In this document: positions 30,930-40,376 of the stretch, in pieces | How the letters are laid out: each line of letters opens with the position of its first letter | How positions within the stretch are numbered: position 1 is the stretch's first letter | Origin: an uncultured Gammaproteobacteria bacterium | GTDB lineage: Bacteria; Pseudomonadota; Gammaproteobacteria; GCA-001735895 | Assembly (NCBI GenBank): GCA_964488685.1 | Contig: CAZAVY010000008.1 | Location: 1 to 58,148 of the forward strand | Reading direction: 5' to 3' | Length of the DNA: 58,148 bases | Translations under genes and position numbers: made by a program | Notes under the pieces: generated by a model | Database searches by the model: none | The model's input: only the letters and a program-made list of their open reading frames with translations | What the model was told of the DNA's origin: nothing

Positions 30930-32405
30930 CTATCTATTCCACGGAAGCTCGATAAGTTTGCGAATCACAGTGTCTTGCTGATCGGCCGTCATTATGGATG
31001 CCGATGGCATACAAATTGCCGTCTCGAACAAACGTTCACTGCAGCAATTTTTTTCGTGCGGATAAAAACGACAATTTTTAAAAAGCGGTTGCATATGCAT
31101 TGGCTTCCATACATGCCGAGATTCGATATTAGCTTTCGCCAGCCTTTCAATTATATCCCGTGGTTTCAAGTTCGTCTTCTGCGGGTCAACACTGAATACC
31201 GACAACCATCGATTGGAAAAATCACCATCTGGCTCGGGCATCCAGTTAATTTGATCTAGCTCGCTCAGGCCCTCACGGTAACGGGAGAATATTTTTCTAC
31301 GCGCCTCAACCCGGTTGTCCAACACCTTTAGCTGCCCACGCCCTATGCCAGCCAAAACATTGCTCATGCGGTAGTTATAGCCGACCTCCGTATGCTCGTA
31401 ATGTGGCGCAGATTCTTTTGCCTGGGTAGATAGAAAGCGCGCCCTTACTATCATTTCTTCATCGTCGGATACCAGCATACCACCACCTGAGGTGGTAATG
31501 ATTTTATTACCGTTAAATGAAAATACACCAAATTTGGCGAAAGTTCCGGTATGCTTTCCGTTGTGCAAACCACCCATGGACTCCGCCGCATCTTCAACAA
31601 CAGATACGCCATAGCTATCACCAAGAGACATTAGTTTTTGCATGTTTGCACTCTGCCCATACAGGTGTGTCACGATAATTGCCTTTGGCATCACCCCCCT
31701 AGACTCAGCGTCTCTTAAAGCCTTCTCGAGGGCTACGGGAGACATGTTCCAGGTTTCCGGTTCGGAATCGATAAACACGGGCGTGCCGCCCTGGTAAAGA
31801 ATGGGATTTGCGCTTGCGACGAATGTAAAGCTGGAGCATAAAACCTCGTCTCCCGGGACTACATCCAATAGTCGCATCGCAAGATGCAAAGCTGCTGTAC
31901 CGGAACTTAGTGCGGCGGCATGTTTAATCCCAACGTAATCGGCTAGTTCTTTCTCGAAAGCATCGACATTGGGTCCAAGAGGTGCAATCCAGTTGGTTTC
32001 AAACGCTTCCTCAACATACTTGATTTCATGGCTCCCCATATGCGGTATCGATAACTGGATATAGGGCTGCATATCCCTTCGCAAAATTAAGTCAACGGGC
32101 CTGTTGTTTAAATCGATTAATGGGATATGGTCAATTTCGTGCAAGTCCATCAGCTCCAATACCTCACTGGGAGTGATATTTTGCGAGGCCGTGATTGCTG
32201 GTTTGTCTTCCAGGCAATCTAAGGAATCATCAAGGGTCCTACCTGAAATAAGTAACCTGCGGATATCGCCGTCAGTAATAGTACGTAGTAATTTTGCATC
32301 ACCATCAATCAGCAAAACGATGGTCTTGCCTCCCCGATCCAGGGCTTCAAGCGCATCTTTTAGGGTCTGATCCCTGGTAATTTGTAATCGCTTTATTTTA
32401 CTCAT
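30930..32405 (-). CDS. DegT/DnrJ-family (PglE-like) sugar aminotransferase with N-terminal CBS pair
   Basis: Residues ~1-110 CBS pair (TITDGDIRR); then WIAPLGPNV, EDAAES, SFNGNKIITTSGGG, GYNYRMSN. Confidence 0.9.
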   Translation of the reverse strand: MSKIKRLQITRDQTLKDALEALDRGGKTIVLLIDGDAKLLRTITDGDIRRLLISGRTLDDSLDCLEDKPAITASQNITPSEVLELMDLHEIDHIPLIDLNNRPVDLILRRDMQPYIQLSIPHMGSHEIKYVEEAFETNWIAPLGPNVDAFEKELADYVGIKHAAALSSGTAALHLAMRLLDVVPGDEVLCSSFTFVASANPILYQGGTPVFIDSEPETWNMSPVALEKALRDAESRGVMPKAIIVTHLYGQSANMQKLMSLGDSYGVSVVEDAAESMGGLHNGKHTGTFAKFGVFSFNGNKIITTSGGGMLVSDDEEMIVRARFLSTQAKESAPHYEHTEVGYNYRMSNVLAGIGRGQLKVLDNRVEARRKIFSRYREGLSELDQINWMPEPDGDFSNRWLSVFSVDPQKTNLKPRDIIERLAKANIESRHVWKPMHMQPLFKNCRFYPHEKNCCSERLFETAICMPSASIMTADQQDTVIRKLIELPWNR

Positions 32406-33027
32406 TTTCCCTTAATAGCCTTGCAGGCACCCCAACGACAACCTGATTGTCTTCAACATCAGTCCTGACCACCGATCCTGCGCCAACAATCACATTACTA
32501 CCAATCTTTATTTCGGGTAACACCGTAGCTCCCGAACCGATGAAACTACCACTACCTATCCGAGCACCCCCTCCCAGAGTAGCATTTGGACCTATATGAC
32601 AAAAAAACCCTACGCTGCAATCATGATCTATCACAGCACCATGATTGACGATACAACCCTCGTGAACTTTTGCCTGGGCAGCAATGACCGCGTTCGCGGC
32701 CACAAAACAGCCACTGTCAATACTCGCTGAAGGTGAGACTTGCGCAACCGGGTGAAAAACTGTAATCATTTCCTTGCCATTTTCCAGCGCTAGCCTGCCG
32801 AGTTGTTGACGCATTTTATTGTCTCCTATGGCAACGTGGACTTTTAATGGCAATTCCAACCAGCTTTGAAGATAGTCGACTGGAATGCTCCCAAACAGCT
32901 TGGTAGCCTGTTTATCTTTGTCCTGGTGGACTATTTTTACCTGTAAATTACCTTCTCCACTTTGAATCGCTTCGACAACGACTTTGGCATGGCCACCAGC
33001 ACCGATTATCACAAGCTTAGTAGGCAT
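32398..33027 (-). CDS. PglD/NeuD-family sugar N/O-acetyltransferase
   Basis: GAGGHAKVV, AIGDN, hexapeptide repeats, GVPAR. Confidence 0.92.
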   Translation of the reverse strand: MPTKLVIIGAGGHAKVVVEAIQSGEGNLQVKIVHQDKDKQATKLFGSIPVDYLQSWLELPLKVHVAIGDNKMRQQLGRLALENGKEMITVFHPVAQVSPSASIDSGCFVAANAVIAAQAKVHEGCIVNHGAVIDHDCSVGFFCHIGPNATLGGGARIGSGSFIGSGATVLPEIKIGSNVIVGAGSVVRTDVEDNQVVVGVPARLLRENE

Positions 33028-34147
33028 TTACTTTCTCCAATACTTCGGGCTCCAGAGGTATCGTTTTCAAAAGATTTATTATTTTTTCGGTCGCTGTACC
33101 GTCGCCATAAATATTAGACCAGCTTTGACGCTTCATATTCATGGTAGTAGAAATGGCGGTGACAATTTCCCGCTTTCCCAAATTTACATCCACTACATTG
33201 GCATTTCTCTCCCTACATTTTTGCCGATCGCCAATATTGACAACCGGTGTACCCAGGGATGCAGCTTCTATAATTCCACTACTCGAGTTACCCACCATTA
33301 CATCAACATGTGCAATCAAAGAAAGGTACTGGTTACGCGCGACATGTAGCGCAATATTAATCGATGCCAGCGATTCGTACTCGTTGATTACCCGGGTAAT
33401 TTCAGCACCACCTGCATCCGCATTGGGCAATATTACCAGGCTCTGTAATTTCGATGCAGCTATAGCTTCCATAAATATTCGACACTGGGTGGCGGCACAA
33501 TCGGCCTGCTGAACGATTGGGTGATAAATTGCCAACAGTGTTGGCGTTTCGGGTCGAAGTCCGTAACTGTCGAATAGTTGTGATTTATCCAATATTTTCA
33601 TCGAACATATTTCATCCAGACCGGGAGCTCCGGTTACAAATATGCGATCCGATGCTTCCCCCATTCGAACCAGTCGTGCACGCGAACCTTGCGTCGCGGT
33701 AAAGTGATAGTGGACCAATTTTGATACTGCATGTCGCATCGATTCATCGATAGTTCCGGATAATTCACCCCCGTGTATATGTGCGACGTGAATATTAAGA
33801 TGCAAACATGCGATTGCCGCTGCAAGCATTTCGCCACGATCGCCAAGTACTAACACCAGATCCGGAGACAGTTGTTGTAGGGCATGGGTAAATCCAATCA
33901 CCTGTTCTCCCATTGCCACGGCCATTTCAACACCTGAATTACCACTCAAGCTAACCGTAACTCTGGCTCCTATGTCCAATCCGCTAGCAGATATTTCACG
34001 CCATGTTTCACCATATTCCAGCAGTAAATGCATGCCGGTAACCAGGAGACTTAGTCCTAACTCTGGCTCTGCATCGATTGCCTTAAGCGTTTGCCGCATG
34101 AGTCCGAAATCTGCACGTGTACCCGATACGTAGCAAATCTTTCTCAT
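33017..34147 (-). CDS. neuC: Hydrolysing NDP-sugar 2-epimerase (NeuC/LegG)
   Basis: GTRADFG, LGDRGEML, HIHGGE, GNSSSGIIEA; ATGA overlap with the synthase gene. Confidence 0.92.
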   Translation of the reverse strand: MRKICYVSGTRADFGLMRQTLKAIDAEPELGLSLLVTGMHLLLEYGETWREISASGLDIGARVTVSLSGNSGVEMAVAMGEQVIGFTHALQQLSPDLVLVLGDRGEMLAAAIACLHLNIHVAHIHGGELSGTIDESMRHAVSKLVHYHFTATQGSRARLVRMGEASDRIFVTGAPGLDEICSMKILDKSQLFDSYGLRPETPTLLAIYHPIVQQADCAATQCRIFMEAIAASKLQSLVILPNADAGGAEITRVINEYESLASINIALHVARNQYLSLIAHVDVMVGNSSSGIIEAASLGTPVVNIGDRQKCRERNANVVDVNLGKREIVTAISTTMNMKRQSWSNIYGDGTATEKIINLLKTIPLEPEVLEKVNAY

Positions 34148-35184
34148 TCGACAAGGTCCTGCCACTCCAGGGGCGCACCCTCTTGTTTCGCGCATTTCAT
34201 ACGCTTGCCCACAACCTTGCCGATATCTTGGGGCGCAATACCCGTGCCAGGTCTAAGTAGCTGCAGGTCTTCCGTTTGTAAGGTTTCCCCAATCATCTTA
34301 TCCCTGGTCAAGGTAACACTGCGACGCACCAGGTCGCGTATTTCCAATTCATTGCTGCGTGGCTGCTTGTCGCCATCACCCAGACATTTTTCTATCTGAC
34401 GAATTTGTCCCACCATGGCATTGAGTTCTTCAGGTTCCAGCGAGGCCTGATGATCCGGACCCGGCATGCTTCGATCCAGCGTGAAGTGTTTTTCAATTAT
34501 TCTGGCACCCATCGCAACGGCACAGCCCGCGATCAATATCCCATTGGTATGGTCGGAGTAACCCACGGGCAATTTAAACGTTACCGACAGGGTCTGCATG
34601 GCCAGCAGGTTTACATCCTCAAAACCGGTCGGATAATTCGAGGTGCAGTGCAAAATAGAAAGTTTTTGTTCGAGCGGTTCACTAAACCCGCGATTGTTTC
34701 TAGCCTCACGAACCCAATCAACCGCTTCAATTACCTCCTCCATTGCCGCCATGCCAGTTGACAGTATCATGTGTTTATTGAACCTGGCCAAATCACGAAT
34801 AAATGGCAGGTTCGTCAGTTCACCGGAAGGTACCTTGATAGTATTCATGCCGAGTCCTACAAGAAAACCCGCTGCTTTCAGATCAAACGGAGTAGACATA
34901 AACTCGATACCAAGTTCAATGCTCTTATGGTAAAGCTGCCGGTACACGTCCTCCGATAGTTCAAGCTTCTTGAGCATTGAATACTGATCGGTAGCCCCCG
35001 TATTTAACAGCTGATATGCCGCTGTGGCGGCATCTTTGGACACCAACTTATCCGCACTGAAGGTTTGAAATTTTATCGCATCTGCGCCGGCTGCGGCGGC
35101 GATCTCGACCAGTCGCAATGCCAGATCTGCCGAACCATTGTGATTTACACCGGCTTCGGCAATTATGAACGTGTTCGCGGCCAT
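34144..35184 (-). CDS. neuB: Nonulosonic acid synthase (NeuB/LegI)
   Basis: IAEAGVNHNG, IKFQTF, KVPSGELTN, HCTSNYP, GYSDHT, EKHFTLD, C-terminal SAF domain. Confidence 0.95.
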   Translation of the reverse strand: MAANTFIIAEAGVNHNGSADLALRLVEIAAAAGADAIKFQTFSADKLVSKDAATAAYQLLNTGATDQYSMLKKLELSEDVYRQLYHKSIELGIEFMSTPFDLKAAGFLVGLGMNTIKVPSGELTNLPFIRDLARFNKHMILSTGMAAMEEVIEAVDWVREARNNRGFSEPLEQKLSILHCTSNYPTGFEDVNLLAMQTLSVTFKLPVGYSDHTNGILIAGCAVAMGARIIEKHFTLDRSMPGPDHQASLEPEELNAMVGQIRQIEKCLGDGDKQPRSNELEIRDLVRRSVTLTRDKMIGETLQTEDLQLLRPGTGIAPQDIGKVVGKRMKCAKQEGAPLEWQDLVE

Positions 35185-35208
35185 ACCATTAACCTCATGC
35201 AAGGAAAT

Positions 35209-36030
35209 TTACCATGCCGAGAGCCCGCCATCGACCATTAAATTCTGCCCGGTAATATAGCTCGCAGCCGGGGAAGCAAGAAAAAGTGCCACGTCAACGA
35301 TTTCCTGAGTCTCGGCCATTCTACCGAGCGGAATTCGAGCACTGTATTGTGATTCAAAAACATCGTCCTGCCCACTCGTGATACCACCGGGTGAAATCGA
35401 GTTGACCCGAATACCATGCCGTGCCCAGACGCTAGATAAATAACGAGTCAACGCAATAACTCCACCCTTTGATGCGGCGTAAACAGGAGGTGTGTTGATC
35501 TGATAGCCCAGATAGGAGGAACCTTCGTAAATACGCATATCCGGCGCCAATGCACCATAAATTGATGCTGTTTGAACGATTGCCCCTCCACCCTGCGGAA
35601 TCATAATATCGGCACATTTCTGTGCCATAACAAACAGACCATCTAGATTTACCGACATTATCTCGCGCCAGGTCTCCATCGAGTAGGATTCCGCGGAGTC
35701 AAAGAAACGCTGTAAATTAGCGCCCTTAGTTGCCGCGTTGTTGTACAGAATATCGATCCTGCCAAAGTCCTGGTTTATTTTCGCAACACTATCGGTAACT
35801 TCCGCTTCAATAGCCAGGTTACAGGCATAAGCCTGCACGGAAGCATCGGCAACCAGCTCCAAACGCTGCTGTTGCAGGCTTTCCTCATCGACATCCAGCA
35901 TTGCCACGGAGGCTCCATGTTCGAGCAGTGAGCGTACCAGAACCTTGCCGATGATTCCTGCCGCCCCTGTCACCAACACGACCTTTCCATCGAGTCGTAA
36001 ATAGGAATTATTCTGCAATATTCTCTCCAC
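35209..36030 (-). CDS. SDR oxidoreductase of nonulosonate clusters (PtmA-like)
   Basis: TGAAGIIG, NNA, ASIYG, YAASK, IRVNSISPGG. Confidence 0.85.
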   Translation of the reverse strand: MERILQNNSYLRLDGKVVLVTGAAGIIGKVLVRSLLEHGASVAMLDVDEESLQQQRLELVADASVQAYACNLAIEAEVTDSVAKINQDFGRIDILYNNAATKGANLQRFFDSAESYSMETWREIMSVNLDGLFVMAQKCADIMIPQGGGAIVQTASIYGALAPDMRIYEGSSYLGYQINTPPVYAASKGGVIALTRYLSSVWARHGIRVNSISPGGITSGQDDVFESQYSARIPLGRMAETQEIVDVALFLASPAASYITGQNLMVDGGLSAW

Positions 36031-36085
36031 TGGGTTTATCAGGTTTCAACATAACAATGCTAACCCATTATATAAAAAATCCCTG

Positions 36086-37006
36086 TTAGGCTATTACCCA
36101 GCAAGATTTCTGTATCGATTCATGTGCAGCATCGATCAAGCGCTGGGTGCATAATGCATCTTCAAAATTGCATAAATATCTTTCTTCACCACTGATTACC
36201 GCGAGATGTTGATTCCGAATCATCTCATCGCGTTCAATTAAAATACTCTCTTCGCCATCGACGGTTACGAGGTGTCCATTCAACATGTTAGCCTTGATTG
36301 TACCCGCGGGCCCATTTATCAATACCCAGCGTGAGGCTATCCGGTCGAGATAGTTCAAATGCAAGGTAACCAAAGGACAGCGCTCGCATTCAACGAGTAT
36401 GCTGACGGCGTCCTCGCTATTTATCTCCAGCGAACTTATCTGCCCTCCTGCGACCACGGTTCGTTGCCATTTACCCGCCAGCAGTAGCGCATAATCAAGT
36501 TCGTGAGCCAGGTCACGAATCACGCCCCCGTCCTCGCTACGCGCGGAATAGGAATGACGATAATCTCGCTCGGGACGCCAATCCGGCAGGTATTGGCCTA
36601 CATAGGCACTCAGGGTCCAGATTGGATCATCGCCCAATATTTCCGAAATTCTGTGTATAACGGGGTGAAAGCGTAATCCGTAACCGACAAAAATCGGCCC
36701 ATCTGGTTTTTGATCGAAATCTTCGGAGTTCGCAAACAAAGGCTTTTCTACCAGAGTGATACCACCAAAATCCACCTGATTTAGTTGAGTGAGCGTAGCA
36801 GCGTGGAGTCCGGTGTCGTTGGCAACAACTACATAGTCGGGTGACCATTTTTCGATACCTTCACTAATCGATTCAAACCTGGGTCTATCGACATCCTTTG
36901 CCCTGCTAACCAGTGCAATGCGATGGCCTAAATCATCCAGTACGCGCGCATGTCGACGACCGATTGATCCATACCCAATCACCAGGCATTTTAGTTTACT
37001 CCCCAC
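36086..37006 (-). CDS. Gfo/Idh/MocA oxidoreductase (PtmF-like)
   Basis: GYGSIGRRH, LVEKP, GQYLPDWRP, DLAHELD; start probably GTG at 37006. Confidence 0.87.
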   Translation of the reverse strand: MGSKLKCLVIGYGSIGRRHARVLDDLGHRIALVSRAKDVDRPRFESISEGIEKWSPDYVVVANDTGLHAATLTQLNQVDFGGITLVEKPLFANSEDFDQKPDGPIFVGYGLRFHPVIHRISEILGDDPIWTLSAYVGQYLPDWRPERDYRHSYSARSEDGGVIRDLAHELDYALLLAGKWQRTVVAGGQISSLEINSEDAVSILVECERCPLVTLHLNYLDRIASRWVLINGPAGTIKANMLNGHLVTVDGEESILIERDEMIRNQHLAVISGEERYLCNFEDALCTQRLIDAAHESIQKSCWVIA

Positions 37007-37706
37007 GAATTCGCCTCTCCAGGAGCATCGAAACAATATCGAAATCAAGCTCGCTGTCGATATCAATCGAGCGTTCTTCAGGCATTACGAAAATGTCGGT
37101 ATCCTCGTGAAACAGGCCTTCCCTTTCCATCAGTGCTGATCGGTACCAAACATATATAGATGCATTCATATCGTAACACTGCGGCGCATCCTGGCGTCGC
37201 AGAAGTTGCTTGTCCGGGACCTTTACCAGGTCAATCCTGCTATCCGCTTTGCGTTCAACCAAATTGAAATAAGGTGATCGTCGAGCCCTGGAGCCAGAAA
37301 TAACATTGCCTGTACCGCTTTGCTGGAGCAACTTCAAACTACCGACGATATCAGCAGCAAACCTTAACGGGGAGGTACAATCTAAATCAATGATTATATC
37401 GACCTGATGCCCGATTACTTCCTCGACCTGAGCGACACAATGCCGAATGGCCGGTATTTTACCAGCACTGTCACTGGCGAGTTCAGGAGGTCTGGAAACC
37501 TGAATAGATGATCCGGCTTCGCGCGCAACCTCGAGATAATTTTGATTGTCGCTACTAAAAGCGATATGTTCAAATAGCCCCGCCTCTCGAGCCTGGTCTA
37601 TACTGTGAGCGAGTAACGGTTTACCTGCAATAATGCGGATATTCTTATCCGCAACAGCTTTAGATCCGCTCCGTGCACAAATTGTACAGACGACTGTTGC
37701 TGCCAT
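36996..37706 (-). CDS. neuA: CMP-nonulosonate cytidylyltransferase (NeuA/PtmB/LegF)
   Basis: ARSGSKAVADKN, TSPLR, YDMNASIY, SIDIDSELD. Confidence 0.93.
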   Translation of the reverse strand: MAATVVCTICARSGSKAVADKNIRIIAGKPLLAHSIDQAREAGLFEHIAFSSDNQNYLEVAREAGSSIQVSRPPELASDSAGKIPAIRHCVAQVEEVIGHQVDIIIDLDCTSPLRFAADIVGSLKLLQQSGTGNVISGSRARRSPYFNLVERKADSRIDLVKVPDKQLLRRQDAPQCYDMNASIYVWYRSALMEREGLFHEDTDIFVMPEERSIDIDSELDFDIVSMLLERRIRGE

Positions 37707-37946
37707 GTTTGTCTATATCCTAAAATAATTTTAATACAGTTAATCGAGCACTTAACCAGCTAACGACAAACAAACGGTCATTCTGGCATCGCAAGGCGAC
37801 GGGATCCAGTAAAGTCGCCCTACCTCTGCCAAACGTCAGCGTTCTGGCCAGATATTTCCACTCAGCGTCAAATTTAAAAACACTACCCTATTTTAAAAAC
37901 TCAGCCTAACCGGAGTTGGGTGAATAACGGGGTTGCCCGGACGGTT

Positions 37947-38084
37947 ACGGAATTACTACAGCAGGAAATATTCAAGAAGCAAAGAGTCTCAATGTTCCCA
38001 ATCCACGAGTATTGGCTCGATATTGGCCGAATGGACGACTTTGAAAGGGCACAGGCTGAATTTCATGCACTGGGCCTGGAATAG
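37947..38084 (+). pseudogene. C-terminal remnant of a CBS-nucleotidyltransferase (PtmE/LgaF-like)
   Basis: Translates TELLQQEIFKKQRVSMFPIHEYWLDIGRMDDFERAQAEFHALGLE*; FPIHEYWLDIG is the characteristic C-terminus of this family; opposite strand to flanking genes. Confidence 0.75.
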
Positions 38085-38118
38085 CCGTCAGTAGCCAGGG
38101 CCTAAAAACATTACGTTA

Positions 38119-39408
38119 TCAAAGGTATCGTTCGATTAACCGGCAGACGTTTTTTGTACCATTGTTCTGAAAGCGCATCCTTTGACTACCCTCTCCGAAA
38201 CCATGATAAATATACGAATCTGGCTGGCTCAAAGCGCTAATGGCGTCAAATAAATCCTCCGCATTTCTAACCACCCAGGCCAGCCTGTTTTGTACCAGAG
38301 GTTCTTCTCCGCGCAACTCCCGTGGGTCTAGAATTACAACGGGCCGCCCCATGTAAGCAGCCTGTGTCAGCATTGTCGAAACTTGACCAAGCACCAGAGT
38401 CGAATTCCAGATTAATTCGTTGGGATCCAATTCGGTATGAATAACCTTGAAATTATCCAGGGAGTTGTCAAACCGTTTAATAACATCACTGACTTCTCGT
38501 GTCTCAATATTGGGCCGAAGTTTCAGTACCAGGTTAAAGGCCTTAGCGTGGGATCGAAAACACTGTTCCAGCATTGCGATAACTTCCTTTTCATCGACAT
38601 GGCCGTTTTCGTGGGCCCAGACTATAGTAGGGAAATCTTGTCTGTTCGGGAAAATATGCTTGTCAGGCCTGTTTTTTATAACCGTATCAATGGCATCAAA
38701 GGCGGGCTGACCAGTGACTGTGGAATTAGCATGATCCACCCCAACCATATCCCATTTATCCTGCACTGAAATAAAGTAATCACGAGCATAGTCACACAGA
38801 AAACATGATTGCGTCGGCGTTATTTTGAATCGACCCGTGGTTTGATAGTAGTGATCCGCACCCATCTTTCGCATCAGGCTATGGTATAGAATTGGCACCC
38901 CGTAAAGGTCATCGACCCGGAAGCTTTTAAGCCCCAGCTGCTGTGCTGCAACGAGTGACGCCTTTTCACTGCGGGGGGAATTCGTCGTTAGTATATGTGT
39001 GCACTGCTCCTCGGAAATAATCTTCTTTAAAAATTCAACTGCCAAAAACGAGTGCCGCCCTGCAAGTTGGTAGACTTCCATCGCCAGGTCTTTACCCAGA
39101 ACGCCAATATTTTCCAGCAGGTTGATTCCCAGGTAATACACCGTTTCTTCGTAGCTTATTCCAATTTGGGGGTTATGTATCTCATCGGCAAATTGCTTGC
39201 CGAGTTGCCCGGCTTTCCGGTCATCTACAAGGTGTTTGAAATCAAGAAAGGTTTTATAGGAAAGACCTTCACTTTCAGCCAGGGGGCCGGCAGAAGTCAG
39301 GGCCAGAAACTGCGTCACTATCCCGCGCCCGTTGAGCGCCTTCAACACGGGTATGACGATATTCGCATGTCCGCCGCCATAGGCGATACCGAGAACCTTG
39401 GTTTTCAT
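38119..39408 (-). CDS. Putative GT-B glycosyltransferase (candidate nonulosonate transferase)
   Basis: YGGGHANIV, TGQPAFD, VSTMLTQAAYMGRPV; located next to the NulO genes. Confidence 0.6.
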   Translation of the reverse strand: MKTKVLGIAYGGGHANIVIPVLKALNGRGIVTQFLALTSAGPLAESEGLSYKTFLDFKHLVDDRKAGQLGKQFADEIHNPQIGISYEETVYYLGINLLENIGVLGKDLAMEVYQLAGRHSFLAVEFLKKIISEEQCTHILTTNSPRSEKASLVAAQQLGLKSFRVDDLYGVPILYHSLMRKMGADHYYQTTGRFKITPTQSCFLCDYARDYFISVQDKWDMVGVDHANSTVTGQPAFDAIDTVIKNRPDKHIFPNRQDFPTIVWAHENGHVDEKEVIAMLEQCFRSHAKAFNLVLKLRPNIETREVSDVIKRFDNSLDNFKVIHTELDPNELIWNSTLVLGQVSTMLTQAAYMGRPVVILDPRELRGEEPLVQNRLAWVVRNAEDLFDAISALSQPDSYIYHGFGEGSQRMRFQNNGTKNVCRLIERYL

Positions 39409-40376
39409 TGTCGCTTTAGCAACGCACTCGGTTCAACCTTTAGCAGGATCTGAAAAATTGCCGAAATCAATACTACCGATAAGGGAGGTAACACGATTAA
39501 CGCGGTTGAGATTCCGAATATCCCCCCGGCCAGGTAGAAAATAACCAGGCTGGATATGATCCAGTAACTGATAAGAGTTTTTCGATATAGATAAACACCC
39601 GAAAACAAGACCAATCCGCCAATTGACAAAACCAGCAGATCTAATTGCATTACCCTGGATCCATATCCATGGTCTAGCATATGAACAATGGATCCAATTT
39701 CTCCGCCGAAATATTCGACGATTTTCAACACCAGCATAGTAATAAAAGGTACCAGTACGATGAGTAGAAACGCGTAGGTTAAAACGGTACTACGGCGCCG
39801 CACGACTGGATTTTCGATTACGATGTTGACGACCACGAAAAAGTAAAAAGCCGCTACCACAATCAGAAAAGTTCCAGTACTGACACTGCAAAGAACAATA
39901 GCACTTATTACTGCCAGAAAGTTGTTCCAGTCCCTGTATTCATCCCAGCGCAGCAAAGCACATAGCAGTATCGCTGATCCCGCCATAGCAAACATCAAGC
40001 GCCCATTCATAAGTAGCGAAAGCGCTATGAAAAACATCGAAATGACACCGAAAACCAGATGGCCTCTTTTCTCCGACCAATACCCGACAAGCTTTTTAAC
40101 CGACTCCGTGCAAAACAAAGCTATCACGAATATCAAAACAGGGACGATCACCGAAAATAACCGATCGTAGGAAATACCCAACCAGTCGCTGATCTGGAAT
40201 ATCGGCAGCACCAGGAAAAAGCGAATACCATGGTAATCGTACAGCATATCAGTCATGGTCAGGCTCGAATCCCAGACATAGGCAACTTGTGACCAGAGAC
40301 TGAATTGAACCACCCCCAAAATACAGAGTCCTGTGTAAACCAGGAGTGGCATTACGGAAAATAGTTGCGTAACCAT
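39405..40376 (-). CDS. Polytopic membrane protein, putative Wzy polymerase
   Basis: About 9-10 hydrophobic segments, positioned between amidotransferase and GT; no diagnostic motif. Confidence 0.5.
   Translation of the reverse strand: MVTQLFSVMPLLVYTGLCILGVVQFSLWSQVAYVWDSSLTMTDMLYDYHGIRFFLVLPIFQISDWLGISYDRLFSVIVPVLIFVIALFCTESVKKLVGYWSEKRGHLVFGVISMFFIALSLLMNGRLMFAMAGSAILLCALLRWDEYRDWNNFLAVISAIVLCSVSTGTFLIVVAAFYFFVVVNIVIENPVVRRRSTVLTYAFLLIVLVPFITMLVLKIVEYFGGEIGSIVHMLDHGYGSRVMQLDLLVLSIGGLVLFSGVYLYRKTLISYWIISSLVIFYLAGGIFGISTALIVLPPLSVVLISAIFQILLKVEPSALLKRQ

Noticed and set aside
37870-37900. TTTAAAAAC direct repeat and GGCGAC..GTCGCC hairpin upstream of neuA
   Set aside because: Short, AT-rich or single small hairpin; no function supportable
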